64,000 bases of DNA, taken from contig NC_043022.1 of assembly GCF_006345805.1 (NCBI RefSeq), positions 16,244,001 to 16,308,000 of the forward strand, read 5' to 3'. The notes under the pieces were generated by a model. It saw nothing but the letters and a program-made list of their open reading frames with translations. It made no database searches and was not told where the DNA came from. Made by a program: the position numbers and the translations under genes. The first letter of the stretch is position 1. Each line of letters begins with the position of its first letter. Origin of the DNA: Octopus sinensis. Lineage: Eukaryota. Shown piece after piece: positions 38,721 to 50,545 of the stretch.

Positions 38721-41370
38721 CCCATTCACGTCAAGCAATAAATCCCAATATGTTACAGAAGTTTAATTGATCCTGAGTAGGACTTATCTGTGTAGATTAT
38801 TGGGATTTACCTAGCTGCTAGAAATGGACACAAGATTATCGACAATAAATTAGTATTATGTCTAGAGAGAGATTTCTCTTGATTTAATGTTACACAAACC
38901 CAAATTGAAAACTGTCTCCTTTGGTTTCTGGAGACATGGCTTATTCTAAATGCATGTATCATCATCCTAAGAAATACTTGAAAGAAAACGGTTTTATTAG
39001 GGTCTAAGAGTCTAAGAGTCTTTATTAGGGTCCTTACCTGACAGTCTAAGAGTTAAGAAGTTGATACCTCACTGTGTACTTTCTTAATTCTTTGCACTTT
39101 CAAAGATTTAGGCCGACAAGTTAGAAATGGTTGGATGTAGAGCCATAGTTCACAGCACCAGGTAATTAGCAGGGCTTACTAATGAGAGAAGGTTCATTAG
39201 CTACAATGTAACTTCACAATCAAACTGTCCTGTCCTGTTACAATATATAACTGCACAGTCATAATATTAGTTTCAAATTTTGGCACAAGGCCAGCAATTT
39301 TGGGGAAGGAGGTAAATTGATTACGTCAACTCCGGTGTTCAACTGCTCTTCATTTTATTGATCCCCGACAAGATGAAAGGCAAAGTCGACTTCACTGGAA
39401 GAATTCAGAACATAAAGCCGGATGAGAAGCTACTAAACATTTTCCCTGGCCTGCCAGCTCACAGCCTTCATATCGTAATATGACTGTACAGCCACACAGT
39501 ACAGTCATATAGTTCAGTCATACTTTTCAGTCCTGTTACAATGTATGACTCTCCAGTCATTTTACTGTATGACTGGACAGTCATGTGGTTCTGTTTATAT
39601 TATAATTTGACAGTATGGTCAGACCTGTAGGGCCACATTAGAGAAAACCTCCTGATTAATGGAAACTCATCAGTTACAATAAGGCAATAGAAAAGGAGCA
39701 TGAGTTTGGTTATCTTGAATATTTGAGTGCTTTGCTAGCTTGTAACTGGAATTCATTCCTGGATTTTCAGAAGACAAAGAATACAAAACACCTGTGTATC
39801 CTGTCACATGAAAATCTTACTCCTGTTGCAGCATTTGCTTGCCTTTACTTATTGAGATGTATCAGAGACAAACTAGAACATCGTAAAGGGCATGGCTCTG
39901 AAATGACTGATATATAAAGGACAATCTGTTGCCACTATCTTACATTTTACTCTTTCAATCATTGGTCATGCTTTGAAGGGTTTTAGTGTCAAACAAATCG
40001 ACCCCAGGACATAATTTTTAAGTTTGGTATGTATTCTGTCAGTCTCTTTTGCCTGGACTGCTAAGTTACAGGGACATAAGCTAACACTGGGTGACAAGCA
40101 GTGATGGGAGACAAAACACACCCATTTAAGTGTGTGTGTGCACTATGGGCTTCTTTCAGTTTCCATCTACCAAATTCTCTCACAAATGAGTGAATTCATT
40201 TTGGTTGTCCCAAGGCTGTAGTAGAAGGCACTTGCCCAAAGTGCCTCACAGGGGGACTGAACCCAAAACCTCATGGTTGGGAAACCAGCATCTAACCCAT
40301 GCTGCCAGTTATTTTCTATTGGTCTTGTATATAATAATGAACTTATTGTATACAGTGCTCAGGTGCTCCACAACTTGTCAGAAAGTGCATATAAAGTACA
40401 TGCAGCAATGTAGAAATGTCTGGAAAGTGAACATGCTTGTGTGTGTATGGAGGGGAGAAAATCAAGTGTAGTGTTGGCGAATCTCAGGAAGCATGGAAGT
40501 TTTGAAGGATGCAGTGCTCCGACAACTAACAACCGATGCCGTATAAGTGACTAGTGGTTTGTTCTGTCAAAGCATAAAGTCCTCATCTATATGTTAGGAG
40601 TGAGGAAAAGTGGAGTGACCAAGAGCTTTGATGGTGTAAGGAAAATGAAATGATTTGAACTCAGAATTAAAACTGCTTTGTGCTCTAACACCGTTTCACA
40701 ACCTTCACCACAACACAGCGAAAGCAGTCATTGAATTAAAAAGAGAAAAAGAAAAAACAACAACTTCATTATTGCATATTATGAAATTGTCTATCATCAT
40801 AAAACACAAATTTGTGTATAATAAGTGGGAATAATAGAAGATTCTTTCTTTCTCAGTTTGGTTAGAAATGGATATTAAAAAGAAATGAAAGCCGATGAGA
40901 CGGTTTAAGTGATTTTAATTTTACCTTTTGATTTCTTCTTTTTTTTTGTTTTTTTTTTTGACAAGAACATCAAAAGTATTTTAACAAGTAGTCAATATAA
41001 GTGATAGATTGGAAACAAAATAAAAACAAAACTTATGGTGAAAATATGATGAAGTTTGTTATGTAATTAACATCAGTTATGTGTTAAGATTATTTTTTAC
41101 ATTTTTAGTCCCCCACCACCACCACCACCCACCCCTCTGTTTTACTGACCAGGTTTATCAATTAATGGTTCAGGGTATATGAGACAGATGTTTATTGGAC
41201 AATCTCTCATTTCATTTGCGCGGGGTGTGGGTGTGTGGGTGTGGGGGGGGTGTTGTGTTTTTCTTTTTCTTTTTCATAGAAAATTATTCAAGCTAATCTT
41301 TTCTCTTTACTACTAAACAAGCAAACAAATGGACATAGGTTATCATTCACTTAATGTATGAAATAGATGA

Positions 41371-41403
<33 letters not shown>

Positions 41404-42476
41404 CACCACCACTACTACTAGTAATGATAGTAATAATAATAATAATAATAGTAATTTTTTCTATTATGGGCACAAGGCCTGGAATTTCGGTGGGGGTGGA
41501 TGCTAGTGAATAACATCAAACCCAGTGCTCAACTGGTACTTTATTATATTGACACTGGAATGATGAAAGGCATAGTTGACCTCAGTGGAATGTGAAGACG
41601 AACTAACGTGCTAACAATTCTGCCAGCTCGTCACCATAATAATAATAATAATAATAATAATAATGCTATAAAACATATTGTGCAATGCAGTAATGATTCT
41701 GCCAATGTGCAACCCTGATGATGCTGGTGTTGGTGATGATGATGATGATTTCAAATTTTGGTACAAGGCTAGCAAATCTAGGGGTAGGGGAAAGTTGATT
41801 ACTTCTGGCCAGCAAATTTGAGGGGAGGGAGTTAGTCGATTACATCAACCCTGGTACTTTAGTTTATTAATCCAGAAGAATATGAAAGGCAAAGTTGACC
41901 ATGGCAGGACTTGAACTTGGAACATTAAGAGTTGGAACAAACATCATAATGCAAAATGTTTTCCCAGTACTTTACCAATAACAATCGTGCCAGGTCATGC
42001 TTTTATGCTTTTTTAGGCATACCTGAATACGATACAGTTTTTGTGTCAGTTACACCATATTTCAGAGATATTGAAAGAAACAGATATAAATAGATGCGTG
42101 TTATGATGTGGCATAAACATTTAGTGCAAAGCAAAACACACCAACTTCAAAATGAAAAAAATGAAATAAAAGTAGGTGTGTGGGAGTGTATCAAACAATA
42201 TTTGGCTTCTCTTAGTACTTTTGGAAATGAATGAATTTGCCTGGTGTTTCATTGTATTGTAGCTGTTTTGGCTAGCTGTGTTGTTATAGGAAGCTCTTCA
42301 CTGTAAATAATAGGGAGGGAAAAAGGGAGACCTAGTTTCCAGATTATTTACAGGACTCCTTTTGGAGAGGAGATGATATCTTGCATATCTCATAAAATTT
42401 TAAACACTTCTCTTTCATACTAGAAAATATGAACTTGTGTTGAACATTAACGAAATACAATGGGAAATTTTCACAG

Positions 42477-42769
42477 CAATTTTGCCATAAACAGAACATT
42501 GGCACTGGAATTTGTTTTATTGGTGCTTACAAAAGCAATATCAATGAGGTTTCAAGATTCTACATTGCAAGCTCAAAGGTCATGTGTTCAAATGGTATGG
42601 GTGCCATTAATCAACAACTTCAGTTTAATCAGCTATGTAAGGTTTGTGTGGTTGGTATAAATAAGGTTATGTAAATTAGATTATGTTATATTAAACAGGC
42701 AAATATGCAGAACAATGTAACACCTACGGGCACCGAGAACCTTATATGAAAATGATCAAAAGAACACAC
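42477..42769 (+). CDS. Candidate exon pair 42477-42636 and 42699-42769, unknown product
   Basis: TTTTCACAG and GTAAGG sites, phase-compatible across a 62-nt intron: QFCHKQNIGTGICFIGAYK...QLQFNQL-C-KYAEQCNTYGHREPYMKMIKRTH. The second acceptor lacks a pyrimidine tract. Confidence 0.25.
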
Positions 42770-43213
42770 GTAAGGGCTGTGTTTGAATCTTCAAAGCTGT
42801 TCTTCATACTCGTATCAATGAATGTAATTTCATTTGGCTTTAAGCAAAGTCTCAAATGTAAGAAAAAGAGCAAATGTGAAGCTGTGACCCTCATGCTTCT
42901 ACAAGAGCATTGAAAGCATAAATGAAGTGAAACTGCTTTTGTTTTGTATCGTTTCTCTGCTTTTCAAATAACGTAAACCCTATTCACTGTCAGCACTTCA
43001 AGAAACACTCTCTGTTATTGTATGTCTGAAGCTGTTGAAGTTTGAAACCCACTCACTGATGCTTGGCCACGAGGCTGGCTTTTTTTGAATGTCTCAGTTT
43101 ATGGTTCCCATTAATCAGTTCTCCATAAAACAACTACTTCAGGATTTTATATTCTTTCCTTTCGATGAAATGACTAATCAAAACAATGCAGCATCTAGGA
43201 AATTTTAATTTAA

Positions 43214-43434
43214 CCCTTTAGTGTTCGTATTATTCTGCCAAAATTAATGCTTTTTCATCCAAATTGTTTTGAACTAATCATGCATTATCTTGTAGCGATG
43301 AGATTTTGATGAGGTAGCTGTTAATTTTTAAAACGATATTGTATGGTTGGTGTGAGAGACCAGATCTGGCCAGTTTGAACATAAAACAGGCAGAATACTT
43401 TTGGCCGGATATGGCCGGTTTAAATGCTAAAGCG
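43214..43434. mobile_element. MITE family 1
   Basis: Almost identical to 13078-13299. Left TTAA is intact; right end is mutated (CTAAAGCG-TCAA). Confidence 0.9.
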
Positions 43435-44349
43435 TCAAACCCTATTCTTAATTGAGATTTGGCCCTTTTAATGTAGACACATGACTGACTATGGAGGATG
43501 TGTGTACAAACCTGTTCAAGTTGTTTTGTGTAGGCTGTACACAGTTTACATTCCGCTGCAGCCACAGCAGTGATGTGACGGCTTCAGTTAAACCTGGTCT
43601 TGCTGATTAATACTTCATGATCCTTTCACCATAACTGCAGCCAAAGTTGATGCCAACTGCTAGGATTACAAAGATGTTTGCTCATCCACAAATATTATTG
43701 AATAGCAATATTGACATCTTTGATATAAGAGAGAGAGAGAGAGAGAGAGAAGTGAAACGATTCCAACTGACTTTCAAAATTGGGTCTCTCTGTCTACCAT
43801 ACTTGTCAATAAGACAAATATTAGATTAATATGAGTGCCAAAATAGGAGTAAACGTTCAATAAACCGAGTCAATTAAAGGACTTTAATTCTAGTTTGAAA
43901 CTATTTCATTCCACTTATCTTCCTAATAAAGCCAGGAACATTTCAGGTTTAATTTCCTTCATTACTGTAAATTGTATTTATGATGGATAGTTAATAACGC
44001 TTTCTACTTTAGGCACAAGGCCTGAAATTCTTTGGGAAGTGGAGGCTAGTCAAAGAACGTGAAGACAAACAAAATACCGCTAAGTATTTTGTTAGGCATG
44101 CTAATGATTCTGCCAAGTTAATAATACTAATACTAATAATAATAATATTAATGATTATGGTTTCAAATTTTGGCACAAGGCCAGTAATTTCAGGAGAGTA
44201 GGCTACTCAATTACATCACCCCAAGTGATTAACTAGTACTTATGTTATTGACCCTAAAAGGTTGGAAGGCAAAGTCAACCTTGGCAGAATTTGAACTCAG
44301 AAATGAGTCCAGCATGTTAATGATTCTTCTAGCTCACTGCCTTAATTGT

Positions 44350-44391
<42 letters not shown>

Positions 44392-45936
44392 AATAATAAT
44401 AATAATAATAATCTTTTTACTATGGGCACAAGTCCTGAAGTTTTGTGAGGAGGGGTAAATTGATTATATTGCCACCACTGTCAACACCAGCAAAATTCAT
44501 AAGAATAAAAATTCTTTCTAATTTAGGCACATGGCCTGAAATTTTGGGGGATGGAGCTAGTTGATTACATCGACCCCAGTGTTCAACTGGTACTTATTTT
44601 ATCAAGCCCATCAGGATAACAGACAAAGTAGACCTCAGCAAGTTAATAATAAGAAATATCACCTAGCTGTAAAATATTCACTTTAACTATTTAAGGAAAA
44701 CCCATATTTGGAGAAGCTTCTAATTTATACTGAAGCCTTTTAATGAATTCGTCCATTGTTGTGAGTCAGTGAGTGTGTGTGCACTGGTCCTCTCACTACC
44801 TTTTCTCCAGCCACTATAATGACCCCTGGTCCAAAGAGCTGGTTGCAGTCATCCCATATCCATTCAAGCTTGTTTCTCCTCTCTTCATTCATGTTGTGTC
44901 CAACTTCCATAGGCCTTGCATTAATCACTAACCCAGTCCTTCTCCCCAGAACTCCCTCTAAAACTCCCATCCTGCTCATCTCTTCTTGCCAGATCAACTT
45001 GCAACAGTATAAGGAGTATCAGTTTCTCCAGCTGTGGAAACCTTGAGTAGGCTGCAGGCACTCTCCCTCCTGGGCCCAACAAATAAAGAACCACACGTAC
45101 TGGTACTCTGACAGTTACGACAACAAGTGTCCCAGTTGATCTGATGATCGAATGAACAGCTTGCTTGTTAAATTAGTGTGCAAGTGGCTGAGCACTCCAC
45201 AGACATATGTACCCTTGACGTTGTTCTCAGTGAGATTCCACATGACACAGGATGTGACAAAGCTCACCTTTTGAAATGCAGGTACAGCTTATTTTTGCCG
45301 GCTGAGTGGACTGGGGCAGCAGGAAATAAAATGTTTCATTCAAGGATACAAAGCATCACCGAGAGTCAGACTCGTGACCTTACGATCATGAGTCGAATAC
45401 CCTAACCAGTGAGCCATGCACCTCCACAAATGCACACCCACCCACCCGCCCAAAAAGCACATGTTCAAACATGTTTATCCAAATGCATGTTCAGATTCAT
45501 GCAACAGCCGTATGCAAACGCACACATGCATACACATATACCCACACTGCTTTGTGCACAGACGTGTGTGTATGTGGAAAGAAACCTACTAAAACATGCA
45601 GACATGCAGACATGCACCCACACACAAACCACATGCATAAAACATTACAAGTATTTATAACCGTCTACAGGTTGTTCCAGTTGTGTCTGTAATCCGTTCC
45701 CTCGTTATTTCCTTGTTTTTGATAAAAAAGCATCTCGTTAGCTATGTGTTTAATTAATAAGCCACTTTAAAAATAAAAAATGTATTTTATCTGTTTGTCA
45801 TTTCAGATCATTTGTTTGTATGGCAACAAAGATCTGATCAAAACGCCTGAATTTGTTTACACCACTGCAGCGGTCGTACTGCTATCATAGACACCATGTA
45901 TTTAAACTGAGTAGATAGTACATCAGGCTATTTTAG

Positions 45937-45976
45937 GATGATGACCAGTCTACTTGGTCTTCTACAATTGTTTTTG
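45937..45976 (+). other. Candidate 40-nt exon
   Basis: CTATTTTAG acceptor and GTAAGT donor; two open frames (DDDQSTWSSTIVF or MMTSLLGLLQLFL). Confidence 0.2.
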
Positions 45977-46252
45977 GTAAGTGGAAAGTCTTGTTTATAT
46001 CTCTGTATAGATTATCTCTGTTTTAATTTTGTTGTTGTTGTTGTTTTTTTTTCAACTTCTTTGCAATGTAATATTATAATAGTATTAAATTGCAAAACAA
46101 AAAAAAAGAAAGAAAAAAGAATGAAAAAAATGATGTCTGTATCTGAAAATGAAATTTTTATTCATAAGAAAATAACTGAGGCATAAAACACAGAAGGCTA
46201 TAAAATTTCTATGATATATACTCTTTATGAAGAGTTAAACAATATATATCTA

Positions 46253-46296
<44 letters not shown>

Positions 46297-46744
46297 TAAT
46301 GTATATATATATGTTTGTGTGTGTCTGTGTATTTGTATGTGTGTGTGTGCGTGTGTATGTATATAATGTTATATTTATCATCTTTGTTTTTTTTTGTTTA
46401 AATTGTTGCTTTTGTTTTGTGTGTAACATTTGACAGATTTCAATGGTTTTTGTAAATTTGTTTCTATTGAAGAAATTATTGTAATATGAAGTGAGAAGAA
46501 AGGAAGGAGTCCACACACCAATATTTAAATCATTTCCTTCTTTTATATTTATTACTATTATTATCATCATCTTGTATTTCTTCTGCTCAATAAATCTTCA
46601 GACATTAAAAATTAAAATTATTGATATGATTTTTGTTTAAAATTATCTGTTTGACTGATCCTTGTTTCTGTAATGTTTTTATTATTACTATTATTAATTA
46701 TAAATATTTCTCAGATAGACGCACACGGAAACCAAACCCTTTGT

Positions 46745-47742
46745 TCATAATTCGTTGATGTGTGAAGTTTTAGGATGAGGTAACTTAGACTTCAACTTTA
46801 CTGGAATGTTTAGATTTGATTTAGAATTTGTAGATTTGGACTTCTTGAGGACATCCTGTGTAATTATGACCGTAATATCTTTTATCTATTACTTGTTTCA
46901 GTCCCTGGAGTGGGGCCCATATTGGGGCACTGCCTTGAAGAGTTTAGTTGAACAAGTCAGCACTAGTACTAATTTTTAAACCTGGCATTTTTTTCCATCG
47001 GTCTCTTTTTGCCAAATTGCTGGGTTACATGGTTGTAAACAAACCACTCATTGAGAAGTGGTGGTGGTGGTGGTAGGGGGGACAAATACACAGATATACA
47101 CACATGTATATATGACAGGCTTCCAAACAGTTTCCATTTACCAAATTCATTTGCATGACATTGGTCGGCCTAGGGCTGTTGTAGAAAACACTTGCCCAAG
47201 GTGCCATGCAGCAGGATTGAACCTGAAACACACGGTCTGTACCTATGTACAGTAAACATTTAAAATTTTCCTCTGGTATTGAATTTCTAGAAACAAGCTT
47301 TGGTATAAACATTTATTTTGACCTGTAACACAGTTCGAGGTTTACGTCAGGGTACAAACATAGGAAAAGGTAGATGGGATTTACCTCCAAACTCTATTAG
47401 TTTTGTCATATTTTTTGAAGTAAAAAAAAAAGTTTTGATTTGTAAGTCAACAGCAATCTATTACTAATGTATAATCCATCAGTTTTGGTGAGTGATGAAA
47501 TACAAAACCCAACTCCATTATCTGAGACTAATAATACTACTGACTATATGACCATGAAATGAGGACCATAAAAGAGAAATTAGGTTCATGGTATGCTTTT
47601 AAGTGTGTGTGTGGTGGTGTTGGTGGTGTTGGTGGGGTATCATTTAATGTCTGGGTAAGTCTTCAGTGTCAAACTTCACTATCCCTCTCACCTGAACTCG
47701 ATAATAATGAAAATAGGAATACAAACCTATTGCTGAATATTC
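46745..47742 (-). CDS. Candidate exons 47742-47692 and 46855-46745 (terminal), unknown product
   Basis: TTTTTCTCAATCAG|51 nt|GTGAGA gives EYSAIGLYSYFHYYRVQ. In phase with ATTACACAG|DVLKKSKSTNSKSNLNIPVKLKSKLPHPKTSHINEL-stop. Confidence 0.25.
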
Positions 47743-48143
47743 CTGATTGAGAAAAATCAAACATAAAATTCAGACATCTAATTAATGGTTGTATTTATCA
47801 CACTTGCATGAGATAAATAAGTATTGATTAATCTACTTATGAAGTCTAGAGTAATTTGAGAGACCGACTGACTGAATAGCTGAGCGAACGTAGAGGAATG
47901 AGGAGAGGTATTGTTGTCTGTTGGTATGGACAGATATTAGTAGTTATTGATGTTAAACTTGAAATAGCTAGAGTTTAGGGCTTGGGAACTTGAAAGTAGG
48001 TTGTTTGCATCACAATCCAACTCATCCATGCCAACCCAAATAAAGGGTTGCTGGTTTGATGGTGAACATAAAATCTAGTTCGGATTCAATTCAGTGCACT
48101 CTGAATTTCCAAATTTCCTGGGTAACACTGTATTATATATTTA

Positions 48144-48186
<43 letters not shown>

Positions 48187-50302
48187 GACTACCAAAGTGC
48201 AAACATATGTATGTATGTATGTTTGTATATATCTATATATATATATGTGTGTGTGTGTGCATATAGGAGTAGGCTAGTTTGTGTGTTGATCTTTTCTACC
48301 TATTTTAAAGGTACAAACGAAACTGAGATCACTTGATTAGTGAAAGAAGGAAATGTAGGTTTATATGGAATCTATAATCCTACTTTATCCTGCCAAGCCT
48401 GTGCTTGAATATCTTTAAAGAAGCAACACTGACTGAACATTTGTTTAAGAAACCAACGACTTCAAAGGTAAAGTAATTGGATGGCTGCTTCATTTTCCAT
48501 CTTCTCTCTATGAGCTCGTATCAATAATTCCTGCTTCTTATTGAGATAAAGCAGTATATGATATACATGACACACACAGTATCATCATCATCACCATCGT
48601 CATCATGTCACCAGAGGCTGGGGATTTAAATTTACTTGTGCATTATTCTTGCCAATAGCATCTATAAATTCTCCTATTTTTCCTTTAGCTGTAGTTATAC
48701 TTTTTAGGCAAAGGTTATGTATTTTTCTTTACTGCCATAATATAAGGAAAACACTGGAAGTGAGAGACATCAACCATCTCAAGTGACCAACGCAAAATAT
48801 TTGTTTACATACACACACACACACACACACACACATACATACATACACACATACACACACACATGTGTGCACACATATATGTACTGATATATGATCACTT
48901 CTCCTTTCTTGGCAGTACATACTTAGAAGGAGGTGTTCCCAAAAAGATCATACTTTAGGAACTAAAACCTGGTTTTCTGATTCTATCAGTTCATGTCATA
49001 CACACGTGGATACATGAAATGTTAGCTATATATATATATATATTCTAGGCTTTGCTTATATTTCTGTAATCCTGGTGGTTAATAAAACTTATAATCAAAG
49101 ATCACACGAAGGTTTTTATCCATGCACTTGATTTCTATAACACTGCTTCTAATTGTTTTTTATACTTTTGCCTCTTGCCTCTCTCTCTTTCTCTCTCTCT
49201 CTTATCACCATCTTACAGGTAACACAAGACAGGAGAATCTATTTATGAACATTTATTGAATGTCCATTGGCATTTTTAGTTAAAGAGCTCATTATTAAGA
49301 TATATGCACGATTTATGACTTTAGAATATATAATGGTGTGATCTTGCTGACCTCACTCTATTTGACCTTAAGAATAATTACAAAATCTTTAAAAATAGCA
49401 TCACTTAAAGATTTATAGACAGGTTATTGTCAGTTCCTTCTTTCATTATTCAATTTTTCCTTCAATTTAACTCTACCGTAACTGAGTGGTACCCTTGTTA
49501 TTGCCCCCCGTTGATATCTTGCCAATTTCCTCATTGATGCAATGACTTCAAAATATCATTGAAAATTAATAAACAATAGAGTATCTAGAATTTTTGTTTT
49601 CTAACTCAACTCAACAAAACGAAAGGTTGTAGAGGAGGGGAGCTACTCAGATTCTTTCCATATAAGGATATAAATAAATGATTACTGAAAGTCATTTATT
49701 CACACTAAACAATATTTGAATTTCAAATGAAACAGTGACATTCTTGTAATTAAATTTCCTTTGTGTGCTTCTGTGAGATGTGGTGGAATCATTAAACCTC
49801 ACACACAGACGACTGCTGGAATACGAGGCCTGGAATAGAGTTGAGTTTGAAGAAAGTAGATAACAATAAAAAAAAAAAAAAGGTAGCTATCTCACTTTCT
49901 ATCTCTTCCTCCCCACCTCTCTCTCTCTCTCTCTCTCACACATACACACAAAATGCAAACAAACAACACAATAACTGAATAATTAATCTCTGTGTATGTG
50001 TGATTAACGAAGTGAAGCATTACATTAGAGATATCAAGCAAAATCCATGGTGAGCGAGAAACTTTTAGCTTGCTCTGGTAATGCAAGCCACATTAAAAAG
50101 TAAATGCATTGATTGTTTGACAAATTGCTTGGTTGCCTATAACACAACAATTCTCTTGTGTGTGTGTGTATGAGAGAGAGAGAGAGATAGAGGGAGAGAG
50201 AGAGAGAGAATCCCTCCCGCCCAAACATCACTTTGTTTCTTCAAATATTCATTGTTATCATGGCAGGCCAAGTTTCAAGTTTGGTGCTTCTTTAATTCCT
50301 GA

Positions 50303-50333
<31 letters not shown>

Positions 50334-50474
50334 TTCCATCTCTCTCTCTCTTTCTCTCTCTCTCTTTCCATCTCTCTCTCTCTTTCCATCTCTCTCTCTT
50401 TCTCTCTCTCTCTTTCTCTCTCTCTCTTTCCATCTCTCTCTTTCCATCTCTCTCTCTCTTTTTCTCTCTCTCTT

Positions 50475-50544
<70 letters not shown>
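50303..50544. repeat. Long polypyrimidine (CT)n tract with recurring TTTCCAT interruptions
   Basis: Direct reading; explains ORFs 50133-50591 and 50258-50554. Confidence 0.95.

Positions 50545-50545
<1 letters not shown>

Noticed and set aside
43470-43590. Minus-strand CKLCTAYTKQLEQ, loosely like a Rabaptin CxxCxxYxxQLQ segment
   Set aside because: Similarity is too short, the acceptor is poor, and no neighbouring exon supports it.
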